Source of the DNA: Octopus bimaculoides
Taxonomy: Eukaryota
NCBI RefSeq assembly: GCF_001194135.2
Contig: NC_069002.1
Location: 6,069,769-6,128,337 of the forward strand
Length of the DNA stretch: 58,569 nucleotides
Direction: 5' to 3'
Both the position numbers and the translations under genes were made by a program. Below the pieces are notes generated by a model. It had not been told where the DNA came from. It saw nothing but the letters and a program-made list of their open reading frames with translations, and did not search any database. How positions within the stretch are numbered: position 1 is the stretch's first letter; every line of letters starts with the position of its first letter. This document shows, piece after piece, positions 40,681 through 52,090 of the stretch.

Positions 40681-41525
40681 TCAAATATGAGATGGTTACA
40701 AACGAATGACCTCAGATTTAAGTGAAAACATTTCTCTGCAGAAAAGGTTACTCTGTACATTGCTAGGAGAACATTAAAATTATTACACAACATATTTCCT
40801 AAGAGTTGATAAGCCTAGCATCACATAAATAGCTGGATTCTTAGAGCAAGCATTGATGTAATGCATGGTTTAGGATTCTGTCCTGTCAGTTGTAAAAATC
40901 TACAGGGAATTCCAGATTAGGAAGAACTTGGTTTGCTAAATGGTGAAGACAATGTCAGATGATGCAACACGAAGGTAACTGCTTTGGCATGGAGGTGAAT
41001 GGCCCGAAACCCTTTGGGAAATATTTTAGCTGTTATCTTTTACTTCCTTCAGTCATTGGATTCTGACCATGCTGGAGCACTGCCATGTTTAGTATCTATT
41101 CTTGCTAAAGTTTCTTGTTTATTCTATCGGTTTCAGCCAACTAAGTCATCATCAGACTGTCCAACAATGGCTTAGCTGGCTAAAACTTTGAAGTCACTGT
41201 CAACAACATTTTTGCATAGGAATAATAAATTTGTATTCTACAAAAGTATAAGAATTACCCATCAGATTAATGTAAAATTGTTTTCATTATAACTGAACAT
41301 AAAAACTATCATTAATGTGTGTGTGTGTGTGTGCACGTGTTCTCTCTCCACCACCACTACCATCACTTGATGTTGATGATGATAATGACTGGTGTTAGTT
41401 TGTTTACATCACAGTAACCTAGCAATTCAGCAAAAAAGACCAATAGAACAAGCATCAAATTTGAGGGAGAGAGAAATGAGAAATTCACAGCAGCTGTCTG
41501 GAAATGTTTGGAATGTCTCAAATAA

Positions 41526-41566
<41 letters not shown>

Positions 41567-41930
41567 AAATAAAAATAAAAATAAATAAAAAAAAGATTCT
41601 AAACATTTGGTAATCTAAATTCTAAATACCTACAAACTATGAAACAATCAGGTTTCTTTTAGGAAGCAAAATTATCAGAAAGCAAACCAAATGCCGCTTA
41701 CACTATGTACAAAACAACAACAACAACGGTTTAAAATTTGGGCACAAGGCCAGAAATTTAGGGGGGGGGGAGTTAAGTCGATTACATCGACCCAGTGTTC
41801 AACTGGTACTTATTTTATTGACCACAAGAGAATGAAAGGCAAAGTCAACCTTGGTAGAATAATAATAATAATAATAAATGAATAAATAAATAGATGAATA
41901 AAATTTAAAAATTTTTTTAAGGAAACTTAC

Positions 41931-41939
41931 CTTCATAAC
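41931..41939 (-). CDS. unc-13: unc-13 9-nt microexon B, (G)YE(D), phase 1-1
   Basis: ttttctaatgattttattttttcttttattttttacag|GTTATGAAG|gtaagt. Consensus donor, long pyrimidine tract, CTAAT branch-like motif; joins in frame to the phase-1 exon starting at 35588. Confidence 0.75.
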
Positions 41940-42134
41940 CTGTAAAAAATAAAAGAAAAAAATAAAATCATTAGAAAAGGTTAAACGATGTATTTTATAT
42001 ATTTGACATCAATGATATTACAGATATTTTTTTAAAATTCAAATTGGAAAAAAAAAATTTTTATATTTTCATTTATGCACTCATTATCAGTAAAGTTTGT
42101 GTAATAATGATAAAAATAACGATGACGATGATGT

Positions 42135-42690
42135 GCTACGACCAAATCCTAGACGGAATTATTGAGGAATGAAGATTGCAAAATCCTGTGGGATGCAATG
42201 ATTCAGTGTGACCATTAGATTAAACATGGGAAACCTGACATTGGTGAGATGAATAGAAAAAGAAAACATGCCTGATAATCGATATAGCATGTCCTGGTGA
42301 CAACAGAATCAAAGAGAAAGAAGAAAAGTGAACAACTATAATGAATTGAAGCAGGAAATATGCAGGTTTTGGACAATGAAGAGAGTGGACATGATACCAA
42401 TAGTGACTGGCATGCTTGGAAGTTTCAGCACTCAACTACCAACATGGCTCAAAAAGATTGATACAAATGTAAATATTGAACACCTTCAAAAATCATCCTT
42501 GCTTGGAATTGCAAGAATTTTTCACAGGGTTCTTGAAGCATGACCAGTAAACAGGTGCCAGCAAACAGGTGCCAGCAAACAGGTGCCACCAGCAAACAAG
42601 TGCCACCTTAGTTTGTTGACTGTGGACAGCTGACACTTTCCATCATACACAACAAAATAAGCTGAGAGTTTGCATCACAAAAATAATAAT
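42135..42690 (+). mobile_element. Degenerate 3' end of an RLE-type (R4/Dong-like) non-LTR retrotransposon
   Basis: KILWDAMIQCDH..KPDI...IDIACPGD...NYNELKQEI..W....DMIPIVTG.LG...LQKSSLLG.ARIFHRVLEA* resembles the PD-(D/E)xK restriction-like endonuclease; 3' UTR with CAGCAAACAGGTGC repeats, ends in (AAT)n. Confidence 0.8.
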
Positions 42691-43341
42691 AATGGTTTCA
42701 AATTTTGGCACAAAGCCAGCAATTTCAGGAGAGAGGTGAGTTGATTAGAGGTAGATAGGCCCTTTTTATATGCGTGTGTGAGAGAGAGAGTGTCTGTCAC
42801 CTACAACTGTTTGACAACTGGTGTTGGTGTGTTTACATCCCTGTAACCTAGTACCTCAGCAAAAAGACAGTGATACAATAAGTTTAAAAGCATAAATACT
42901 GGGGTTGATTTGTTCAATTAAAACCACTAAGTGATGCCCCATTATGGCCGCTGTCCAATGACTGAAACAAGTAAAAAATAGAAGATACTGTTTGAACTAA
43001 AACAAAACATTAAAAAAAAGGAAAAAAAAACCTACAAATGCTACCAACTGGTTGGTTTATGCTAGTCTTATAATGAAATCAAAATCAATATTAGATGGAG
43101 ATTAAGAAAATATATTGGCATCATGATGAAATATTAAATTGAAATACATTGTCGATATAAAAATTTTTTTTCATTTTTCATTCTTATTAAAATTCAAGAT
43201 GTTTTCATAGAAATTAGCATAATTCCTTGTTTGAAAGCCACAGACTAGATGTTTGAAAAAACAAAAATACCAGCTGAGGTCATGCAGAGATAAAAATCAA
43301 TGACCAAATCTATCAATTTTCAAAAAAGGAACTACAGAACA

Positions 43342-43391
<50 letters not shown>

Positions 43392-43799
43392 TAATCCTTT
43401 CTACTAAAAGCGCAATGCCTGAAATTTTGGGGGAGGGAACTAGTCGATTACATTAATCCCAGTATTTCGTTGGCACTTAATTTACTGACCTCAAAAGGAT
43501 GAAAGGCAAAGTTGACCTTGGCAGAATTTGAACTCAGAATGTAAAAGATGGCTGAAATGCTGGTAAGCATTTCATCCGGCATGGTAACGATTCAGCCAGC
43601 TCATTGCCTTTCAATAAGAGTAGTAATCCTTTCCACTAAAAGCACAAGGCCTGAAATTTTGCAGGGTGAGGGCTGTTCAATTACATTGACCCAAGTATTC
43701 ATCTGGTACTTATTTTATTGACTTCCGAAAGAATAAAAGGCAAGGTCGTACCTGGAGGAATTTGAACACAGAATGTAAAGGCTGACAAAATGCTACAAA

Positions 43800-44500
43800 T
43801 GCTGAATGGTTGAAGGAATTAAGATTGGAGAAAAATGAAGTGAAACAGAACAATGTAGGAATACCAAAGGAAATGGTGACTGAGCAGAAAACAAAAGTTC
43901 CAAACTGGAAATGTCCAGGCCCTAGTAGGATACAAGGGTATTGGCTGAAAAATTTCCCAGCATTACACTAAAGAATAGCTGTGCAAATGGATATGGAGTG
44001 GAAATCTCAAAGTGGATGACCACAGGTAAAAACGTTCTTTGCCAAAGGATCCTGGTAAAGGTAATGCAGTGGGTAATTACCAGCCAATTTCCTACCTATT
44101 CTTGATGGGGAAGTTGATGACAAGAATAATACCGAATTGTATGTATGACCTCCAGGAAATGAATGAAAAGCTGCCAGTGGAACAGAAGGTGTGTAGAATA
44201 TGTGGCAGCAAAAATGAAACAATCTTACATATTTTGAGTGAATGTAGCAAAAATGAAACAATCTTACATATTTTGAGTGAATGTAGCAAAAATGAAACAA
44301 TCTTATATATTTTGAGTGAATGTAGCAAACTGGCCTAAAAAGAATACAGATTATGTGATAAGTATGGTCTTGGAAGAACAAGGAAATGGTATGAACATAA
44401 ACCAGAAGTTGTCATTGAGAATAATGTGTATAAGATCTTATGGGGATTTTGCAATCCAATGTGACTCAGTGATTGATGATCAGGGACCAGATGTTATTAT
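43800..44500 (+). mobile_element. Internally deleted RLE-type LINE fragment (RT N-terminus fused to CCHC knuckle)
   Basis: NWKCPGP..IQGYWLK and KDPGKGNAVGNYQPISYL..MGKLMT..I....KLPVEQK joined directly to CRICGSKNETILHILSEC. Confidence 0.8.
44208..44324 (+). repeat. 39-bp tandem triplication (SKNETILHILSEC x3)
   Basis: Units at 44208, 44247 and 44286; one visible substitution (CAT to TAT) in the third. Confidence 0.95.
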
Positions 44501-45370
44501 TTTCTACTCTAGGCACAAGGCCCGGAATTCTTGGGGAGGGGAACAAACAGTACACCCCCCCCCCCGGTAAACACAATATCTTAAATCAACAACCTCATGG
44601 TATTGTATACTGTGCAACGTCTATAATAACAACAACAACAACAATAATAATGATAATAATAATAATAATAATAATATTAACAATAATAATAATCCGTTCT
44701 ACTAAAGGTATAAGGAATGAAATTTTGGAGAAGTGTGCCAGTCAATTAAACTGACCCTAGTACACAACTGGTACATATTTTATGAAACCCCAAAAGGTTG
44801 AAAGGCAAAGTCAGCAGAATTTAAATGCAGAACATAAAAGCAGATGAAATGCCGCTAAACATTTTTGTCTAGCATGCTAACAGCACTACCAGCTGACCAC
44901 CTTAATAATAATAATAATAATTATTATTATTATTATTATTACTATTATTATTATTTCTAACTTTGGTACTAGGCCATCAATTCTGAGGGGAGGGTAAGTA
45001 GTTCATATCATCAACCCCAATGTTTGACTGGTACTTTATCTTATGACATATTGGTGTTAAAATAATTGAATTACCTCTTGCCTCAAAACTGATGGCCTTT
45101 TTTTCCCTAAATCAGAAATCAATATTATTATTATTGTTATAATTATTACACTAACGATTAGTGCTTAGCTTTGCTGAAAAGTGCTACTAACCACCAGTTT
45201 TAGTAATAATAATAGTAATTATAATAATAATAATAATAATAATAGAAATAAAATGTAGACTATATCCAGAAAGTTATAGTATAATATAAATGCATTTATA
45301 AAAAAAAAATTGTAAAACATTATTTAATTAACAAAATTAATGTCATGGAATATAAATAAATTATAAATAC

Positions 45371-45385
45371 CTTCCCAGTTCCTGG
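45371..45385 (-). CDS. unc-13: unc-13 15-nt microexon A2, (x)RNWE(G), phase 1-1
   Basis: Pyrimidine tract of about 45 nt, ...ttttcttttcatcctcag|CCAGGAACTGGGAAG|gtatttat. No stop. Confidence 0.75.
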
Positions 45386-46240
45386 CTGAGGATGAAAAGA
45401 AAAAGAAAAGGAAAAAAGAAAAAAGAGAAAAAAATCACAGTCAAAATAGTAATTGAAGGAGACGTTTTGAAATTTAAATAGGAAATAATTGTTATTGGTG
45501 AGAATGTGAAAAAAAGAAAAAAAGACAGAGATTGTGGGTGGGTGGGTGGATTAAGCCAATTATTCTAAATCAAAGGCAATGTAGGAAAAAGAAAAAAAAG
45601 ATAAAAGACACAGAGGAAGGACAAAGCTAAGAAAACAGGAAAAAAAAAAATACAATAAAAAAAATGGGGAAAAACAATTGACTTTTTCTTCATAAATTGC
45701 AGAGATATATTAAAGTTATAAATTTAGTAACAATATTTCATACACCAACAAATAGTAAGAAAAGTAATCGATATATATTTTTTTTTATTATTTGTGGCAG
45801 TTCTTTTTTCTGTTTTTTTTTCTTTTTTTGTTGTTGTTTTTTTTCGGTTTTAATGTCTTCTGCAGATAAAGAAAGAATCGGGATAAAAAGTAAAAATGAA
45901 TAAATAAAAGCAAAATTTTCCTGCAATTCAACAATTCTGATTCTCGTAGTAAAATGGCTCTAGGTTTTATCAACGAACAAAATCTTAAGCAAACATCATA
46001 CAAGTGCCCTCTACCCCCTCCACCGACAATGATGACAACAACAACAACAACAATTATAACAACAGCAATAGCCATAACAATCTTGTCTTTTATTGCTACA
46101 AGGAAGGTGGCTGGGAGTGGGAGGAGGAACATTAGGAAGAGAGATAGGAAAAAGTGGGCGGGAGGTGAGGTGAGGGGTTTACACAGAAATAAGGATGAAA
46201 GAAAGAAAAAAATGAAATCGAACTTGAGAGAGGAGGGGGG

Positions 46241-46615
46241 ATGAGCAGGGGGGTGAAAGAGGGGGAAGGAGAGAAGGAGACAGGAGAGACAGGAGAAAGG
46301 GTAGAGATGGAAAGGGGGGAGATGGCAAGAGGGGAGAGGGAAGAAGTGAGAGAGGTGAAGGGGAGAGAGGAAGAGTGGGAGAGAGGAAAGGAGAAGGGAT
46401 GGGGAGAGAGGGAGAGAAAGGGAGAAGAAGGAAAGAAGGGAGTAAAGAGAGAGACAGAGGTGAGAGAGGGCGTGGAGAGGAGAGAGAGGGGGCGTGGATA
46501 GGAGAGGGAGAGAGGAGAGGAGAGAGAGGAGAGGAGAGGAGAGGGAGGAGAGAGAGAGAGACAGAAGGAGAGAGAAAAAGGGAATGTAAAAAGGTGGAGT
46601 GTCAGAAAGATTGAT
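46241..46615. repeat. Long G/A-rich tract on plus (C/U-rich on the unc-13 transcript)
   Basis: About 375 bp almost purely purine; similar GA-rich tracts at about 1310-1430 and 1660-2110. Confidence 0.9.
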
Positions 46616-48749
46616 TCATCTAGAGGGGTAAACAGAGAGATACAGAGAGATACACAAATACACAGATAGATGTATATGTAAGTATATAATATGTGTGTGT
46701 GTGTAGAGAGAGAGAGGGAGTAGGTAGATTACCAGAGAGACAGATTCATCTAGATAGACAGATAGATCAACAGATAGAAAGAGATCAAATAGGGTGACAG
46801 ATAAGCTGATTAACAGATAAACCGAAGCAGAGGGATACACAAATACATAGAGGTATATGTATGTATATGTGTGTATGTGTGTGTGTGTGTGTGTATTGTT
46901 TGTGCTGGTAACATGTAACCCAGAACAACCTGTTGCATGGTTGGGCCATCAGTTTGCTAGATAAGGAGGGTGGTTTTCATTAGACATCTTCAAGTATGTG
47001 TAATGCAACCTATCAAACGGCAGATGTCATTACGAGAATCAATCGTCCTCCAACAGCTGGGAGTGAGACACTTAGTCTTTGTTTAGACATCTCTGTTGGA
47101 GAAGGAAAACTCTGGTCTAACACCTGTGACTTTGTTTGCATCCAGTGACATAGAATAGTTTTACTTTGTTGGGTTTACATTAACGAGTTGGAATAATCCC
47201 TGCGCAAGGCCTTTCCTAACTTTAAAAAAGCTTCAGGCACAAAAAAATCATTTGATTTTTATTATTTCCATTTTATGCTAGCATACAATGGACAACCACA
47301 GACAAAAAAAAATGCATAAAAAAGCAGTAAAACATTCCCTGACAGAATGAAGATGTGTGTTAATGTAGGTGTCAAGTTCTCTGAACACCAGCTGCAAGAG
47401 GTGCCCATCACTTCCACATCTGTACAAACAAGTGTAGGTCTGTAGCAGGATTGAAAAGCCAACCCTTACTGCTCTTTTTCAAGAGAACAGTCAAGCACTG
47501 GCGTTACTCAAAATTGAGTTGCAGCCATCATATGCATGTATGAGAGGGTGTGAGAATGAGCAAAGTAAAGGTAATGCTGACACTCCTTGTTAGTAGTCAG
47601 GAAGGAAGGCAGAACCCATAACTCATTACAGGGCCTCGGGGGTTAGTGGGAGGGATAGCGGAAAGTATCCTCAATCTAGAAGCCTGGCCTGAACAATTGC
47701 AACAGAGTGGGGTCTGGTAGTGGTACCCCAGCTGCCTGATTGGTGGTGTTAAATCTGATGAGGCATTAAGTCAACCACTAAAGTGGTCCGTGGTAGGATT
47801 TGAACTCAGAATGTAAAGAACTGGAACAAATACATTCAAGGCATTCAATCTGACTTTCTTACAGTTCTGCTAATCCATAGTTCTAGATTGGAACTTTTTT
47901 ATTGAGCTCAAAGGAATAAAATGTGAAGATAACCTTGGTAGGATTTGAACTCAGAATGCAAAGATCCAGGACAAATACTGCAAGGCTGTAGATCTGATGT
48001 TCTTATAGACCTGGCCGATCGACTGCTTTGGAGTTTTAGATTTTTCTGTTTTTATTATCACTGACCAACTCTATCCTTTTGGAAAACCTACCAGTGAAAT
48101 ATAAAAAACCCTTTATGTGAAAAACAGATGAGGGTTTGCAACAGGGAGAGCATCACACTGTAAAACCATAGCTCTGAATCAGAGAAATCAATTCCTATTC
48201 AAGCCAAGCTAACATGGAAAAATGGGTGTTAAATGAAAAAAAACGAAGGAACAAATGAAGTTAGAAATTATTCAGGATTTATGATGGACTTTACGTTATA
48301 AAGCAAACCACATATTGTATTGTATTGTACTGGATATACATTTGTTTATCGATAAGGAATTAATGTGAACTTTGCTGCTTTTGTTTACTTTTTCTTTGCT
48401 TGTGCTTATTGCCTGATAGAACAATCATAAATATATCAGTGAGCGAGGGTAGGTTTTCTATATGGTCGTTCAATACGCTAGAGATAGCAGCTAAACAATA
48501 CTTATACATTCACTTTCTTTTAAAAACAAAACAAAAAAGTGGTGGGGAGTAATATCAGTAAAATGTGATCCTAGATAACCCCAAAATGGGATCGAATGTT
48601 AATGATTGGATGGGATTTTGATCATAGGACTGTTTTGATCAGGGAAGACCCGGGGTTAAACAACAACTACAAAAGCCATAAATATTACGCAAAATTGGAC
48701 AACCGATGAAGCAATAAATTTAATTCAACAATATATCGCATATATATAT

Positions 48750-49610
48750 ATAGGAAAATGAAGAATAAGGCAGAATGCTAAATTGAAAGCATGTTTTAAT
48801 AAAGATTTCTAATGTGCTTTCATTGTGAAGCAAATTTTCAAGAAGGAGAATGAAAATGTTTTTTACAAAGAAGTACAAAATGAAGAAAATAATATATATA
48901 AAAAAATAACTATACCAATACATTATATTGTCTTTGAGCTTTTGAAGTTCAATGGTAATCCATGTAGATAATGGTTGGAAAAATAAGGATGCATAAGAAT
49001 TGAGAGTTGTGTTAGGTTTAAAAAAAGGAGCTAAAGGTTTATGTGTTAAGCAGGAAGCGTGGTGTCAAAACAGGGAGTGTCTGTAAGGAGAGACAAATCT
49101 AAAAAGATTTGTCTCCCCTTACACACACTTCCTGTTTTGACACCACACTTCNNNNNNNNNNNNNNNNNNNNNNNNNNNNNNNNNNNNNNNNNNNNNNNNN
49201 NNNNNNNNNNNNNNNNNNNNNNNNNNNNNNNNNNNNNNNNNNNNNNNNNNNNNNNNNNNNNNNNNNNNNNNNNNNNNNNNNNNNNNAGCTCCTTTTTTAA
49301 ACCTAACACAACTCTCAATTCTTATGCATCCTTATTTTTCCAACCATTATATACATGAATTACCATTGAACTTCAAAAGCTCAAAGACAATATAATGTAT
49401 TGGTATAGTTATTTTTTTTATATATTATTTTCTTCATTTTGTACTTCTTTGTAAAAAACATTTTCATTCTCCTTCTTGAAAATTTGCTTCGCAATGAAAG
49501 CCCGTTAGAAATCTTTATTAAAACATGCTTTCAATTTAGCATTCTGCCTTATTCTTCATTTTCCTATTATTTCTCCACGTGCGGTTAACACAACCCCACT
49601 ATTTACTGAC
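48750..49610. mobile_element. Fold-back element, copy 2
   Basis: Same arms, AAAA loop at 49101-49104, extension on the right; N gap 49152-49286 in the right arm; flanked by (TA)n. Confidence 0.9.
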
Positions 49611-49717
49611 ATATATATATGTATATAAATACATACATATATATATATGTATATATACACATACATATATATATGTATGTATCTATATATATATAGATAC
49701 ATACACATATATATGTA

Positions 49718-49750
<33 letters not shown>

Positions 49751-49768
49751 TCACACATNNNNNNNNNN

Positions 49769-49820
<52 letters not shown>

Positions 49821-50516
49821 TGTATTGGACATTCATTTGATTATCATATAAACATACACATATATACACACATGGGTGTGTGTGTGTATGTAAATACATA
49901 CGTATGTATATACAACTTTATAAATACATACACTAGCTCACATACACATACATGTATGTGTATGTGTATGTGTCTATGCACATGCTTGCATTCGTGTGTA
50001 TGCGTATCACTTACACTGCTCTCTCCTCTCTCACTCTCTAATCTCAGTTCCCCTCCCTTCAACACTCTCTTCTAACACCCTCTTGATCATATGATATCAT
50101 GGCTTTGATTCGTGAGCAGGGCAGGGCAGGGCAGGGCAGAGCAGGAGGAGGGAAGGGCAAGGTAGGGCAGTACTTTTATGTCCTTGAGCAAGGCACTTCA
50201 AAAATACAGAAATGATAGCTTTAACTAGCAAAACAGAAATAGACAAAGCAGAAATGATGGCTTTAACTAACAAAACAGAAATACAGAAATGATGTTTCCA
50301 ACAAATAAAGCAGAAATGTAGAAATGTTTTCATGAGACTAAACAGAAATGAGAACTCAACTGAGAAAACAGAATTGTTGATTTCAATTGACAAAAGTGAA
50401 ATACAGAATTGTTGATTTCAATTGACAAAACAAAAATGTTAAATTCAAACGAGAAAACTGAAATATGTAAACATTATTTACATTTAACAAATATTTGTCC
50501 TCATCTTGTTTGTTGT

Positions 50517-50560
50517 TAACGTGTTTTGGCTGATATACTCTCCAGCCTTCATCAGGTGTC
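50517..50560 (-). ncRNA. Decayed minimal hammerhead, second copy
   Basis: Minus strand GACAC-CUGAUGA-A-GGCUG-gagaguauau-CAGCC-AAAA-CAC-GUU; perfect helix II, GAAA changed to AAAA, small deletion 3' of the core. Confidence 0.55.
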
Positions 50561-50725
50561 TTAGGGAAATTTCGAACCTGGGTTCTCATTCCTAAGGTAT
50601 TTTTCAATGTTATTAATATTATTATTATTATTATTCAGGTCACTGTCTTGAATCAAACTCGGAATCTTGGGGTTAGTAGCCTGCGCTCTTAACCCCAAGA
50701 TTCCGAGTTCGATTCCAGGCAGTGA

Positions 50726-50760
<35 letters not shown>

Positions 50761-50816
50761 TTAACAACATTGAAAGATACCTTATGAATGAGAACCCAGG
50801 CTCAAAATTTCCCCAA

Positions 50817-50862
50817 GACACCTGATGAAGGCTGGAGGGTATATCAACCAAAACGTTGTGTT
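50817..50862 (+). ncRNA. Decayed minimal hammerhead within a SINE-like element (G12 replaced by A)
   Basis: GACAC-CUGAUGA-A-GGCUG-loop-CAACC-AAAA-CG-UU-GUGUU; helix I GACAC/GUGUU, palindromic AACGUU in place of helix III. Confidence 0.6.
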
Positions 50863-51914
50863 AACAACAAACAAGAGGAGGACAAATATCCGTCAAATGT
50901 AAATAATTGAAATAATGTACATAATTCCTCATCTCTTAAATATAGAACTGTAATACGTAAACAATCTTTTCAATTAATAAAACAGAAACATTGCCTTCAT
51001 TTCATAATAGAGAAATACATATTTTTATTAAAATATTGACTCACACAAGCCCAGCTTTGTTTGTTACATTTAAAAATTCACCACAAGAAACAAAACTATT
51101 GTTGTGCGAATCATTATTTTAATATATAAAAGAAGTACACCCTTCATACTTTTAAGTAGCGAGTAATTTACCTAAAAATATGATTTTTAATCCTGATTAT
51201 TAAATGGAAAAAATATTAAAGAAAACAAAACTGAAATGTTGCCTGCAATTGCGAAGAAAAAAAAACTGAAGAAATTTTATCAACAACCAATGTTATTAAT
51301 ACCGATAAACTAAAATGATTACATCAGGTTAACTTAACACACACACACACACATAAATCTTTATAGAAAATAGGTCTGAAATAAAACTTGACAAAGGCCT
51401 TTCAAGCGAAATAATTAAATATTCTTCTGAGCATACCTATAAAATGAATTAATGCAAAAAGGACCATTAACTATTATGACAGATAGCTACTTAATGTGAT
51501 CAAATTAGTTAGTAGGAATATGTGCAGCGCTGTCAGTTTCTTGTGAGGCTTCTGATAATGTCTACTGCAGATAACAACACTAAACTAAGATACTACAAAT
51601 CCTTCTAACATCCTTCCAACCATATTATGTCATTGGACATTCTCTTGGGGGTTCATAAGTTTCCAACACTCAATATGTATATAATATATATATATATATA
51701 TANNNNNNNNNNNNNNNNNNNNNNNNNNNNNNNNNNNNNNNNNNNNNNNNNNNNNNNNNNNNNNNNNNNNNNNNNNNNNNNNNNNNNNNNNNNNNNNNNN
51801 NNTATATATATATATATATATATACATATATATATTATGTATATATATATAATATATACATATGTACATATTATATATATAAATATGAATATATATACAA
51901 ATATATATTTCTTT

Positions 51915-52090
51915 TCCTCAACAGGCCCTACCCTGTTTAACATTGTCCCAAAACTGATCAAAGAGGAAAAGGATCCCATCGCTTTTAATGGAGTCTGGAC
52001 AAATTTCTGCAAGGAATACCAGATAAGCTACCTATACTCGGATACAACTCACTCAACAAGAACTCACTACTTGAATGAACCATGATACCA
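51915..52090 (+). mobile_element. 3' fragment of a CR1/L2-like LINE ORF2
   Basis: GPTLFNIVPKLIKEE, then a frameshift to SLDKFLQGIPDKLPILGYNSLNKNSLLE*, a typical LINE C-terminal pattern. Confidence 0.7.

Larger units (their letters stand above)
50473..50907. mobile_element. Head-to-head fold-back pair of tRNA-headed, hammerhead-bearing SINE-like copies
   Basis: Inverted arms of about 200-220 bp around a 14-nt loop (50676-50689); B-box GTTCGATTCC at 50707-50716; anticodon-loop-like CTACTAA; (AAT)n linker. Confidence 0.75.

Noticed and set aside
45738-45862. Strong acceptor followed by a Lys/Gln-rich ORF
   Set aside because: Low-complexity A-run translation; no donor giving a compatible phase.
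47262-47462. ORF with EVMGT resembling C2A-end EICGT
   Set aside because: No PTPH or RFELP continuation and no suitable splice sites; C2A exons appear to lie outside the window.
50665-50730. tRNA gene
   Set aside because: Only D/anticodon/T-arm-like remnants without an acceptor stem; it is a SINE head.
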